Origin: a virus
Taxonomy: Duplodnaviria > Caudoviricetes
DNA length: 26,402 nt
Reading direction: 5' to 3' (one strand)
Virus record (IMG/VR): IMGVR_UViG_3300035181_000748
Span: 1-26,402 of that record
Under the pieces are notes generated by a model, which ran no database searches, was not told the DNA's origin, and was given only the letters and a program-made list of their open reading frames with translations. Position numbers and translations under genes: made by a program. Positions 25,735 to 26,402 of the stretch are shown one piece after another; the stretch's first letter is position 1; every line of letters starts with the position of its first letter.

Positions 25735-26007
25735 TTGGTAACTACGAAGAGAGCGTTTTCGATGTACATATTCACGCGGGGAAGTTTTGTGTACCACGAA
25801 ATTAGAGATGGCATGAAGACGTGGTGCGGCAACTACGCCAACAACTTTAACCATTTCAGGCCGGAGACGCAGAAAATTGTTGGAGTGCCGCCTGTCGGTC
25901 TGGATTTGTGCCAGAACTGCGCCAAAGTAAAGGCGCGCCCGTGGATTGGCGATGCCCGCAGAAAGCGGCAGGCCGTATGGGATAGCGCAACACCTAACGC
26001 GGAATAG
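25735..26007 (+). CDS. Hypothetical protein (H...WCG...CQNC), candidate cassette cargo
   Basis: 90 aa from TTG, or shorter from ATG 25762; lies between the attC and ACCTAAC (25992-98). Confidence 0.65.
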   Translation: MVTTKRAFSMYIFTRGSFVYHEIRDGMKTWCGNYANNFNHFRPETQKIVGVPPVGLDLCQNCAKVKARPWIGDARRKRQAVWDSATPNAE

Positions 26008-26017
26008 ACACCAGAAA

Positions 26018-26302
26018 ATGGTAATAAAAACTGAAAGCGACTTGGGTGACGTTCAGAAGATGTGGTTTCAGCGCACTCAGGCGCCCGAAGTAATCGAGCG
26101 ACCAAGCTGCTACAACCGACCAGCATTCGCGCGCATTATTTACTCCGAAGAGTTTCGGGACAAGTGGTACAAATTCCGCCAGACGCGCGACTGTCCGCAC
26201 TGGAAACCTGGCGGAAATGCCCATGTGCGGAAAATGTGCGACTCTGCCGGCGGGAAGACGACACCATGGCACGCATGTAGTGGATGCAGGTGGAAGCCAT
26301 GA
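26018..26302 (+). CDS. Hypothetical Cys-containing phage protein (CYNRP...C...CSGCRW)
   Basis: 94 aa from ATG 26018; ATGA-coupled to the next gene. Confidence 0.65.
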   Translation: MVIKTESDLGDVQKMWFQRTQAPEVIERPSCYNRPAFARIIYSEEFRDKWYKFRQTRDCPHWKPGGNAHVRKMCDSAGGKTTPWHACSGCRWKP

Positions 26303-26402
26303 GAGAAAAAAGCCACGCGCTGCCAGCGGTGTGTTACGGCGATCCGGCGATCGCGTATGAGCGCAAGGAAGCATCTACATGCAAGGGCTGTATCCATGTC
26401 GG
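26299..26402 (+). CDS. Hypothetical protein, 3'-truncated (YGDP...TCKGC)
   Basis: MREKSHALPAVCYGDPAIAYERKEASTCKGCIHV..., open to the window end. Confidence 0.6.
   Translation, partial: MREKSHALPAVCYGDPAIAYERKEASTCKGCIHV

Overview
This is a segment of a tailed dsDNA phage or prophage with a lambdoid-style early region; a proteobacterial host is likely but not provable from this window. Bases 1-13124 hold the 3' part of a giant (>=4366 aa, open to the left edge) DarB-like polyvalent protein. It carries an N6-adenine methyltransferase, an SNF2/SF2 helicase, two zincin-like modules, an ADP-ribosyltransferase-like module, a GNAT-like module and an LPD38-like C-terminus. A leftward early operon converges on it: pentapeptide-repeat protein, AlpA, Bet, YqaJ exonuclease, about 12 small genes and a DUF2829/Tad2-like gene. 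Back-to-back sigma70 promoters follow, with no cI gene between them, then a rightward operon: Cro-like, wHTH, iteron-containing initiator, P-like protein, NinB, NinG and small genes. The most unusual signals are: (1) four protein-like ORFs overprinted in the same +1 frame inside the giant gene's linker regions; (2) a near-canonical integron attC site with a matching core site bracketing one gene in inverted orientation; (3) a repressor-less divergent switch with three operator-like palindromes; (4) a ~300-nt repeat-containing leader on the leftward transcript. All family assignments come from motif recognition, not database searches.
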